This document shows positions 54,290 to 64,000 of a DNA stretch of 64,000 bases, piece by piece; position 1 is the first letter of the stretch; the number at the start of each line of letters is the position of its first letter. Source of the DNA: an uncultured virus (IMG/VR IMGVR_UViG_2061766007_003888) (Duplodnaviria > Heunggongvirae > Uroviricota > Caudoviricetes). A model generated the notes under the pieces. The model ran no database searches. It was not told the DNA's origin and saw only the letters and a program-made list of their open reading frames with translations. The stretch lies in IMG/VR virus record IMGVR_UViG_2061766007_003888; one strand, given 5' to 3'. The position numbers and the translations under genes are program-made.

Positions 54290-54826
54290 TTATTTCCTCA
54301 GGATTTGGTCCAGTTCGCTGTTGAGTCTGCGTATGATGTACTGCTTGGACAGCATCTGCGTGTTCGTAAGGCAGTTCTGGAGCCGTATGTTGTTGAATAT
54401 ACCGTTGAGCCAGTTTACCGACATGAGACACGACATACGCGGCTTGAGCCATTCCCTGAGCTTGAACATCAGTAGGTCGAGATTGGAGATGGCCTCGTTT
54501 TCTATTTTCGTTTTCGGGTTCCTGATGAGCTTGCCGTTCTGGTTTATCAGACCGAGCTTGTAGGCCTTCGTCTTGGTCGGGATAGTCGTGATGCTTTTCA
54601 GGAATATGTATACGAGGATATTGTCAATCGTACGGTCGTGTGTAGAAAAGTCGATTTTCTTATGCTTGATTTTCAGCTCGCTGATTTTTTCCCTGGATTC
54701 CGTCAGGATGCCTCCGGCTTCCATATAGTCGGAGATCGTCTCGGCGTTGTTGACCAGTCTGCGCAGGCCATTTACCGGGTTCTCGTCGTCGAGCGAGCCG
54801 AAAAATCTTTCCCACAGTTTTTCCAT
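54290..54826 (-). CDS. conserved T4-like hypothetical protein
   Basis: YIFLKSITT.PTKTKAYKLGLIN..GK pattern recalled from T4-like phages. Confidence 0.6.
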   Translation of the reverse strand: MEKLWERFFGSLDDENPVNGLRRLVNNAETISDYMEAGGILTESREKISELKIKHKKIDFSTHDRTIDNILVYIFLKSITTIPTKTKAYKLGLINQNGKLIRNPKTKIENEAISNLDLLMFKLREWLKPRMSCLMSVNWLNGIFNNIRLQNCLTNTQMLSKQYIIRRLNSELDQILRK

Positions 54827-54855
54827 ACATTATTTATAACTACCATAAATATGGT

Positions 54856-56116
54856 ATGACTTACACATGCAGGATATGCGGGTTTTCTACCGATGACCCG
54901 AACGAGATAGCACAGCACATAAAGAAGCTGCACAATATGGCATTGCAGGACTATTACGACAGGTTCGTGAAGAAACCCGGCGAAGGGCAGTGCAAGGTAT
55001 GCGGCAAGCCGACGACGTACAGGTCCATCGTGCAGGGTTACGCGGAATACTGCTCGCCGAGCTGTGCGAAAAAGGCGACGTACTGGAAAAACGACCCGGT
55101 CGAATTGACATGCGCCATTTGTGGTGCGGTCCTCAAGGGTACGAATAATGCGCATGTTTCCGCGGTAATGAGGAANNNNNNNNNNCGGAGCGGTCCTCAA
55201 GGGTACGAATAATGCGCATGTTTCCGCGGTAATGAGGAAACACCTGAAACGCGAGCACAAGATATACGAGCCGCGCATATATTACGACCGTTTCGTAAAG
55301 AAGGAAAACGAGGGTAAATGCCCGGTATGTGGGAAGGAAACGAAGTTCAACGGACTCATGTCCGGGTATGAACCGTATTGCAGCTCGTCATGTTACCAGA
55401 AGCAACTGAAGACGGATAAGTCCGCACCTAATANNNNNNNNNNNNNNNNNNNNNNNNNNNNNNNNNNNNNNNNNNNNNNNNNNNNNNNNNNNNNNNNNNN
55501 NNNNNNNNNNNNNNNNNNNNNNNNNNNNNNNNNNNNNNNNNNNNNNNNNNNNNNNNNNNNNNNNNNNNNNNNNNNNNNNNNNNNNNNNNNNNNNNGACCG
55601 TAGAAACGGTAGACGGCGACAAGGTCGAGGTAAAGACGGAAATTTCNNNNNNNNNNTCCGGTATGTGGGAAGGAAACGAAGTTCAACGGACTCATGTCCG
55701 GATACGAACCGTATTGCAGCTCGACATGTTACCAGAAGCAACTGAAGACGGATAAGTCCGCGCCCAATACGAAGCTGCACATGCTGATGAAATTCAAGGA
55801 AAAGGCGAAAGAGACCGTCGAGAAGATAATGGAAAAGTACGTAAATTTCCTTAAGAACGACAAGCGGATCGGCTGGTCCGACAACAGGACGGATCCGGTA
55901 ACGCATGTAAATTACAAGGATACGAGAACCGTAGAAACGGTAGACGGCGACAAGGTCGAGGTAAAGACGGAAATTTCGTGTTCTACGCAACGTGATCCGT
56001 GGACTGGAAACCAGGTAAGCTACAGGCCGAAGTACGAGGAATGCCGACAGAATGTACGGTTCGACGAGATAATAGAGGACGATACGTCGCTCGATGAAAC
56101 CGAGTGGTGTCGGTAA
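54856..56116 (+). CDS. double zinc-finger protein related to the endonuclease N-terminus, no nuclease domain (gapped, duplicated)
   Basis: two CxxC..H..H..YYDRFVKK..EG.C..CGK.T...GY..YCS..C units. Confidence 0.6.
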
Positions 56117-56152
56117 CGTTATAAATAATATAAAAATAAGGTTTTTGACTAT

Positions 56153-59137
56153 ATGGCTGAAGAAAAGATAGAATCGAAGTTTATATTCACAGATGAGGGC
56201 CGTAGACATTTGGTTTCGCAGGAAGGCGGCGTAAGGTTCGCGGTCCTCGGCGGCGTGCTTGTCCAGGGCCTGAAGCAGGTTGACAAGGATTCTGTCTGGG
56301 AAACATACAGGAATTTCACGTATGACGACCTTGTCGCCGGTAGTTTCAACGGTAACAGTTTCGTCGTCGGCATGAGGGGTGTTTCCTATACCACGCTTGA
56401 ATCCGGCAACGGGGCGACTGAACCGGCCGATTCTGACAAGTACGAAGCCGCGCTCGCCGATATCACGAACCACCTGTACGGCACTTTCTATATGCCGAAC
56501 CGCCAGTTGACTTCCGATACCGGTTCCAGCTACGGTACGTACGAGTTTTCTTATGACAAGACCCAGTTTAACTGGGATATGAACAGCGATGTCTCGTTCG
56601 GCTTTATCGTCTTGCTGGGTAAGCAGTACGCGGAGACCGATGACGCGGTATTCAACGTGAGCGAGACTCAGAAACCAGTCGTCGTGGGTATATGCCAGCT
56701 GAGCGGCGTGAAGGACGAGGATACCGGTGTATTCGAAGGCGGTATCATGTTCCTTAAAGACCAGGTGAAGCATACGGTCTGTACGTTGCAGATACGTTTT
56801 ACCGTGACCGATACCGACAATGACGCGACGGAAGTCGTCGCCGATCCGGAATTTATCGACGCCAGCAAGAAATTTTCTATAGTCAACGACGGGTTGAAGA
56901 CCGATGACGGGCAGGCCGTAAGCAAGGGCATATTTACCAATGCCGGTTTCAAGTTCGTCGACAGCGAGAACCCGGAAGAAGTAGCGAACGCGGTAGAGAA
57001 CACTCTGGGATTCGAGGTAAACGGAATACCCGGTTCTATCGCGACACAGAGGACAGTTATGGTAGCAGATCCGTATAATGCGGCGACCCCGATTGAAAAC
57101 CAGTGGAACGCCGCCGCGCAAGTCCATATTATCAACAAGAAAGACAACAGTTCCGACGACGTGAAGTACAAGGAACAGATTGTATTGACATCGCTCGAGG
57201 AACCGGAAACCGGAAGTTACGAGGACGGTGAGCTCAAGGGCTATTGTGCCGGTATGATGCTTCGCGGTACGGGCGATACGACAGAAAACGGTGTAGAGGC
57301 TCCGATATTTAGGCTCGACGCCGTTCCCGAATACGATAGTTATGTCGTTGATATTTACGGTACGGAAAATAGCGCATATGATGTAGGTAACGCTGATAAG
57401 TTCTTGTTCTCCCAGAGAAATGCTTCGGTTTCCCCGAACAATATAATGAAACACGGTTATAACGTTCTTATCAATTCCAATGACAATGGACTTAGTGCCG
57501 GTAACGCGAATAATACGTTGATAAAGTCTAACGATAATATATTAAACGCCAGTGTTAAGGGTAATCTCCTGGTCGGTGCCTCGAATAACAGGATAGTCGG
57601 CTATTCCTATAACAATATGCTATTTGCGACATCTGATAACCTGTGCGGCAATACGACAACGAACAATATAATAATCGGCGGTCACGGTAATTTCGCCGCC
57701 GCGGACGGTTCTTCCGGTTGTATGTATATCGGCGGTATCGGTCTTAAGGGCGGTTATACCGACCAGGTCGTATTCGGCAAGTATAACGCAAGGAATGACG
57801 AGGCTGCCATCATAGTGGGTGCCGGCGACGACAACGAACACCGTCGTAATGCGCTCGAGTTCTATACGCAGAACAACGCGCTTATTATAAACGACAATAA
57901 CAATGACCCGTCTGTTATCCTTAACAATACCGGTATAGAAGCCAATCGAATTAACGGTACGATGGTAAACGCGACAGGTAGGGTAGTGCTTCGTGACAAT
58001 ACGTCGCCGCAGTCGACCAAAGTATTCGGCGAGTTGTATTTCCGGGATGCCGATACGCCGACATTGCTCGTCAGTAATAACGGCAGTACGACAACTATCG
58101 AACCCGGTAAGGTCGTTACTGACAAGACTATAATGTATAGTTTGAGTAAGGATCAGACTGAAATTGAAAATGGTACGGCAGTATTCCGTAAGGTAGATGA
58201 AAACGGTGATACTCTTACACATAATGATATATTTGTCAGTTGCAAACTTGAAGATAATGAGACGATTAGCGATGCAGCTGTAATTCCCAATCCCGGTGAA
58301 TTGAACTTAATGTATTATTATGTAAATACTACAAGTGAATTAGACCATAACGGTAAGAAGCTCAATGTAGGTGTCAATGGCCTAACATGGTATGATTATG
58401 TATCCGATACGGCTAGGAATCCTGATCATAAACTGATATGGGATGAAGCTGCGACGCTTACTCCTGAAAAAATAAAGAAGTATGACCAGTTTATCGGTGG
58501 TAATGCTGGCGGGAATAAGGTAAGGGCTGATATAATAATTGGAAGAAGAAATTCTTATGCCGATAGTTGGGAAACTGATATAGATTATTTTGAAGGTACG
58601 CAAGAACAGGAAAATTGGTTTAGAGCAATATTTGAAACAACTCCGCCGTTTATGTTTATCGTGCAAGGTCAATATTATAAGGTCAGTAATTGGGGTACAG
58701 TTCCTGAAGGTAGTAGTTATATTGAAGATTTTACATATGCAGAAACAACACATGATGCATATTGTACGTTAATTCCTGAAAGTTTGGGTATTTCTGAAAT
58801 CGAGTTAAATATATTCATACCACTAAATGATGACGGAGCTGATTTCGATTTTATATGGATACCAATGGCAGAAACTGCAAATTGTAGACCAAAAATAAAT
58901 TTGAATTTTTACATTAATAAAAATACGCAAGAAGATACAAAAAGAATGTATTATTATAAAAATTTCGCCGGAGATCTTAATTTAGGTGATATAACAGTAC
59001 ACAATAATACGGTAAAATATGATAATAATACAATAACTACGTTTAAAATTAATGAGTTTACTTGCATACCAGCAGTTGGTACGCTTGCCGGACCAACAAG
59101 AACGACAAAACGATGGGGTTGGTACCAAGTTAAATAA
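56153..59137 (+). CDS. tail fibre / receptor-binding-like protein
   Basis: 994 aa; Asn-rich beta-helix-like repeats, QVVFGKYN..IVGAG..RRNALE motif; TATAAATA upstream. Confidence 0.6.
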   Translation: MAEEKIESKFIFTDEGRRHLVSQEGGVRFAVLGGVLVQGLKQVDKDSVWETYRNFTYDDLVAGSFNGNSFVVGMRGVSYTTLESGNGATEPADSDKYEAALADITNHLYGTFYMPNRQLTSDTGSSYGTYEFSYDKTQFNWDMNSDVSFGFIVLLGKQYAETDDAVFNVSETQKPVVVGICQLSGVKDEDTGVFEGGIMFLKDQVKHTVCTLQIRFTVTDTDNDATEVVADPEFIDASKKFSIVNDGLKTDDGQAVSKGIFTNAGFKFVDSENPEEVANAVENTLGFEVNGIPGSIATQRTVMVADPYNAATPIENQWNAAAQVHIINKKDNSSDDVKYKEQIVLTSLEEPETGSYEDGELKGYCAGMMLRGTGDTTENGVEAPIFRLDAVPEYDSYVVDIYGTENSAYDVGNADKFLFSQRNASVSPNNIMKHGYNVLINSNDNGLSAGNANNTLIKSNDNILNASVKGNLLVGASNNRIVGYSYNNMLFATSDNLCGNTTTNNIIIGGHGNFAAADGSSGCMYIGGIGLKGGYTDQVVFGKYNARNDEAAIIVGAGDDNEHRRNALEFYTQNNALIINDNNNDPSVILNNTGIEANRINGTMVNATGRVVLRDNTSPQSTKVFGELYFRDADTPTLLVSNNGSTTTIEPGKVVTDKTIMYSLSKDQTEIENGTAVFRKVDENGDTLTHNDIFVSCKLEDNETISDAAVIPNPGELNLMYYYVNTTSELDHNGKKLNVGVNGLTWYDYVSDTARNPDHKLIWDEAATLTPEKIKKYDQFIGGNAGGNKVRADIIIGRRNSYADSWETDIDYFEGTQEQENWFRAIFETTPPFMFIVQGQYYKVSNWGTVPEGSSYIEDFTYAETTHDAYCTLIPESLGISEIELNIFIPLNDDGADFDFIWIPMAETANCRPKINLNFYINKNTQEDTKRMYYYKNFAGDLNLGDITVHNNTVKYDNNTITTFKINEFTCIPAVGTLAGPTRTTKRWGWYQVK

Positions 59138-59138
59138 A

Positions 59139-59173
59139 ATAAAACCGGTATTTAATACCGGTTTTATTTTTTT
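59139..59173. terminator. bidirectional intrinsic terminator
   Basis: AAAACCGGTATT-T-AATACCGGTTTT with A/T tracts. Confidence 0.75.
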
Positions 59174-59187
59174 ATCATGTAAAATAC

Positions 59188-62107
59188 CTAGTTTTGCGAA
59201 TAGCGGACGTTTATCTTGTTCTGTAAACAAGCGCGTTCCATATCCGTACTGAAATTGGTTATATTATTGTTATTGTCGAGTATCGAGTCACAGATACCGG
59301 GCTTTACCTTGGCATAGATGTCCATGATAAGGTTTGTCGCGCATTGCCAGGTATTGCTGTCGATATCTGTTGCAATCGCGGTATCGTCCGTATATTTCGT
59401 TATGTTATAGTAGGACAGTATCTTGGGGACGAAGAAGTTCCAGAACGAGTTCTCGGAAAGGGTTTTCTCATCCTGCTGGATCAAGTGGCCTTTACGCATG
59501 ATTTCTTCGTCTCGTGTGATTTCGTCGACGGTCTTGACCGTATACGGCAGGTTGATTGCTCTTGCTGCGTCATTTGTACCGTAAAGTCCCTCTTTTAACC
59601 ATTCATTAAGATCATTCTGGATACTGATGATTGTATCGGTCGGGAGACCGTATTCTTCGACCTTGTATATGGAGAAGTTGGTCGAGGAATAGAAATCGTT
59701 GGTAGTCGGCAGCTTGATGGTAAACGATATGATGCCGTTCTTGACAGAGGTTCCGTCAGGAATCAACGCGGGATTGTAGTCGACTCGGCTTTCCATATAA
59801 CGGAAGAATGCATCGGTCGCATGTTGCGGCAGCATACCGACGGAACCTTCAGGCTGCAGCGCTATCGGGCAGAGACTGATATAGTTATCGTCAGAAGATA
59901 CGTCGCATGTGAATTCGTATGTCTCCGTGTTTTCCGAAAAGTAGCTGGACGACGGGTCATTGGCCTTGTCGAGGAACGTAATCTCGATGGTTATATTACG
60001 GTTCTCGAACATCCCCGGGCTGAGGATGTTGCCGTTTTGGTCGAGTTTCGGAATCCTGATTTCGTTCCACCAGCCGAGACCGTAAGCGTTGCCAATTCCC
60101 TCGTCGGGATCGTAATAGAGCGCGGCGGTCTTTATGTACGACTCAAGCGACTTGTTCTGTATCATTTCGAAGTCGGAAAGCTTGCTCGCGGACAGGACAT
60201 ATTTCTGGACCGGCGACTGCACAATATCGGAAATCTTGAAATCGATGTCGGTAGATACCGTGGCCGGGTGCTCGTTGTACAGCTTGATAATTTCAGATTT
60301 ATAGATCTTCTTATGTTTCGGTACGCGTTCGTCGAGATACTGGTATACCTTGTTCTTCATCTCGTTCGTGTAGGCTTCGATATCGGTAAGCGGCTTGACA
60401 TAGACCGTACCTACAGCGTCGAAATACTGTACGTACGGAGGCAGGGACATCAACACGGAGTTGATCTCCGTGTTATGGGCGCAGTTCAGGTTGATAAGCC
60501 TGATATTCTTGAGCCACTGTTCGTCGGCTTCCTTTATGTACTGCTTGTTGTAATAGCTTTCGTATGAATACAGCATCTTTACGTAGTCGCACAGGTGGTC
60601 GAGGTACTTGTCGCCGTAGAGCGAGAAGGTATCCGTAGTACCCGAATCGAGTTCCGTGAGGACGTTTCTTATGGTCCAGTTGCCTTTCGGGTTCTTGACG
60701 TACAGGTGACCCATGAGGCAGTAGAAGATGTTGTTCTGGCAGAGCGGGTGAAGGACGTTTATGGTATCTTCGATATCGTGCTGCCCGAATACCATGGCCG
60801 TCTGCACGGTCATCGGACTCGTGAGGCCGCGGAAGTACGACATGAAGTCNNNNNNNNNNAGTCTGCACGGTCATCGGACTCGTGAGGCCGCGGAAGTACG
60901 ACATGAAGTCGTCCCTGGTAATCAGCTTGCCGCGGGACGAGAAATACGCTGGGGCGTTGATCTTCATGCTGGCCTGACTTTCGAAATCCTCGCCGCCGTA
61001 AATATCGGAATTGACGATGAACTGGATGTTGTTCGTGAGGCTGACCACGCTTCCGTCGACACATGCGTTTATCTGGTTATTGTGCGACATAACGGCACCC
61101 TTAACGCCGGTGGTGTTACATTCCTTGCCCTTTGTCGTAAGGTACTTTATGTAGAGGTTATCCTTGTACGTCTTGAGACCGATGTCGGCGATGTTCGGTT
61201 CTGAACTGAATGTCACGCGTACGGTCTTGTCGGGGTTAGTGTCGACAAGGCAAATCTTGAACGGTTCATCAGGCGTCCTGCCGGCGAGATTGACGATATC
61301 GTCGTTGAGGTAGATGGACTGGGTCTCGATAGTATAGAGGTTCTCGTCATTCATCGCGGTTTCTTCGTCGGGTCCGATACCTACCTTACACCAGCTGATT
61401 TCAGGCATGTAGACATTTTCCTGATAGGCGTACGGGTCGCGTTTACCGTACCAGTTCGAGAAGTTTATATCGTCCACGTCGTAGAACTGACACGGTTCGC
61501 CGATTTTTCTGAGGTTCGCCGTACCGAGGATTTCTACAGTTTTCTGTTCCGCCTGGAAGCACTTGATAGGGGTTGTTTCCGTCGTATTGTAATAGCTCAT
61601 GCCTGCGAGCGGGCTGTATTCGGCGGCTTCCTGCGGCACGGCGAAAGAAAGATCCTTGTACCAGTCTGACGATTCGCCGTTGGCAATATCTTCCGCCGTG
61701 AACACGTAGCTGTATCCCGTATCGAGAATGTACGGGTTTCCGTTGAACGTAAGCTTCGTAGTGTCGCGGTTGAAGAACACTTCGGTGCCCGCCTTTATCT
61801 CTTTCGGGAGGGGTCCCTTTATGCGGATAACGAGTTCGCACCTCGCGGGAACCGGACGGCGCGGGTTATATCCGAGATTTTTACAATGCTTTATTATGCT
61901 CGAGTCGAGACGGGCCGTACTTATAAAGCCTTCTTCGGCGGTTCTCTGGATATAGAAGTTAGTCATATCCGTAACGGCCGCAATCATTTCCATGAACATG
62001 CCGTAAATCGTCGACGAGCCTATGTTCTTGAAGCGTTCGTCGGATGCGAGTCTGGCTTTGAAGTCCTGGAGCAGTTGATTGTATGTAACGTTTAGATAGT
62101 TAAGCAT
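59188..62107 (-). CDS. baseplate wedge protein (T4 gp6-like); duplicated segment at gap ~60850
   Basis: EGFISTARLDSSI..HCKNLGYNP; GGEDFES..SMKINAP..FSS...LITRDDF. Confidence 0.85.
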
Positions 62108-62222
62108 TCAAGACCTTTTCAATTTTTATATTATTTATAATTTTTGCGACTATGCATGTCCGTAAAACGAAAGGCCCCGTATTGATATTATAAATAATGA
62201 AAGAAAATATAGGACAATATAC

Positions 62223-63792
62223 GTGAATCTTAATTATTTAAATCCATTCAGTTCAGATTTTCTGAAGGCACCGCCCGACCATAGCGATGTAAGGGCGCAC
62301 GAGGCGGCGCGTAATACATACGGGAAGATTGAAGATACCATAGACTGGAATGCGTTCTACAACGCATACGGTTATGACGATCCGGCTTCGCCGTACGATG
62401 CCACGCATATCGCGTTCGACCAGATATTCGTGAACAAGTACCAGAAGATAAGCTGGTACAGGTCGATGAGTATGTACAGTTTGGTTGCGAAGGCGATTAA
62501 CATCATCACGGACGAGGCTGTCTGCCCGGATCACCAGGGCAACGTGGCGATGTTCGACATCGAGGAACCGTACAAGTCGAAATTCACTTCGACGGAATTC
62601 TCCACGTTGAAGATGGAATTCGACTATATTATTACTTGTGTTTTCGGCAAGGAAAAGATTTGGGATTTGTTCGCTAAGTGGCTTGTCGACGCCGAGTTGT
62701 TCATGGAAATCGCATTGAACGATAACGGTGACAAGGTTGTCGGTCTCAATACGCTCGCCCCGTACGCGATGCTTGTAATTTATGATAAGGATTCTGATAA
62801 TATCAATGGGTTTATCGAGAATATCAATTACTTGCAGCAGGCGCAGGTTCAGGATAAGAATACGGCTATCAAGCGTTTCCTGCCAAGTCAGATTGCCTAT
62901 ATACGTTATCCGTTGACATGGAATAACCGTAATGACGTTCGCGGGCATCTCGAACGTTCGATACGCCCGTTGAACCAGTTGAGAAATATCGAAGACGCTT
63001 TGACCGTTTACCGTATTACCCGTGCGACTGAACACCGCGTATTCAATATCTATACAGGTCGTCGTCCGCCTGACAAGGCCGCGGCGTATGTTCAGGAAAT
63101 ACGTAATAAGTACCGTAAGAATTTGACTATTGATAATGCGACCGGCATGATTAACGCCGTCAAGAATACGCAGGCTATGACAGAAGACTTCTTCTTCGCG
63201 AAGGATGACTCCGGTAACTCGTCTACGATTGATACGTTCGCTTCCGGTTCTACGTTTGACGGGCAGATACAGGATATTTACATGTTCCAGAAACAGGTCA
63301 TGGACGGTATGCTTATTCCGCAGGCCCGTTGGAAGGCAGACGAAATCGGTTCCGCAAATTATAATCAGGGTGTTGATTCTGCAAATCTCGAAGAAGTCGC
63401 GTTCCAGCGTTGCTGTCGCCGTCTTCGCCGCCGTTTTGCCGATCTTATAAAGCAGGTGTTCCTTGTTCATTTACGTGTCCGCGGGTATAAGGAAAAGTTC
63501 CTCGATTCCGCTATATACAATATCGACTTGCATCCGGCAACTGACTTCGAACGTATGCGTGACTTGGCGCTTGCTGAAAAACGCGGTTCTGTTCTTTCCA
63601 TGCTTTCGCAGTTCTTGCCGACCACGACGAATATCAAGCCGGGAAGCGAAGAACTCGCTCCGTTGTTCTCCAAGCAGTATTTCATGGAAAAGATTCTCGG
63701 TTTGTCCACGCAGGATGTCTTGTTGAATAACAAGATGCTTGAGCAGGAAATCAAGCAGATGAATGAGGAGGCTGAAGCCGCGGCCGCCGCTG
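62223..63792 (+). CDS. portal protein (T4 gp20-like), 3' end in gap
   Basis: YRSMS, LNQLRNIEDALTVYRITRA.EHRVFNI, MTEDFFF, DI.MFQK. Confidence 0.93.
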
Positions 63793-63819
63793 GNNNNNNN
63801 NNNTTCTAAGATATAAAAT

Positions 63820-63851
63820 AAAACCCGGTTCAAAACCGGGTTTTTATTTTT
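63820..63851. terminator. intrinsic terminator
   Basis: AAAACCCGGTT-CAA-AACCGGGTTTT. Confidence 0.7.
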
Positions 63852-64000
63852 AAGAACGATATATTAGAATGTCGCTTTTACGAAATACCACAGGTCTTTG
63901 TACGAGACGTCGAAATACGAAATTTTTTCGTCCATTCTGTTTTCGTAATCGGAATACATGTTACGGATAAGCGAGTATATAACTTCGTCGTCGGCATGTT

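Noticed and set aside
55388..57454. Long antisense ORFs (also 11554-12339, 34699-35481, 59821-60567, 62253-63470)
   Set aside because: These are shadow frames opposite better-supported genes, some extended by N runs.
1..64000. Many direct and inverted duplications (e.g. 1-138 vs 1363-1499, 7755-7990, 13890-14140, 21390-21577 vs 25400-25609, 35769-36167)
   Set aside because: They abut N gaps and differ mostly by synonymous SNPs. They are best explained as scaffolding of strain variants rather than real repeats, DGR template/variable repeats or invertons; no reverse transcriptase or invertase is seen.

Overview
This 64-kb window is a gapped scaffold of a large T4-like (myovirus-type) bacteriophage genome. 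Many 10-N gaps are flanked by duplicated, SNP-differing and sometimes inverted sequence, so it looks like a co-assembly of close strains. It carries recognisable T4-superfamily genes: family-B DNA polymerase (gp43-like), clamp-loader small subunit, late sigma factor (gp55-like), RegA, RuvC-like resolvase, terminase, portal, neck proteins, gp4, baseplate wedge/hub and tail-fibre-like proteins. Host-like accessory genes include IF-1, ClpP, GroES, glycosyltransferases and a 5'(3')-nucleotidase. T4-type late promoters (TATAAATA) and a second CTATATTT promoter class recur. The main find is the DNA polymerase. It is split in two by a free-standing Vsr/EDxHD-like homing endonuclease, and the downstream half has an in-frame stop inside catalytic motif C (GAC ACA GAC TCC-TAG-ATA-TCC GTA TAT TTT = DTDS*IS VYF). 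Matched Ser codons flank a 9-nt gap at the base of a hairpin, a candidate new programmed ribosomal bypass cassette analogous to T4 mobA/gene 60. Other highlights are a terminase C-half starting with an atypical split-intein C-fragment with no adjacent N-half, a three-domain GroES fusion, an unannotated ~350-nt structured ncRNA candidate, seven tandem small proteins sharing a C-terminal motif, and late proteins sharing an N-terminal capsid-targeting-like peptide. All family calls are by-eye motif recognition; no searches were run.
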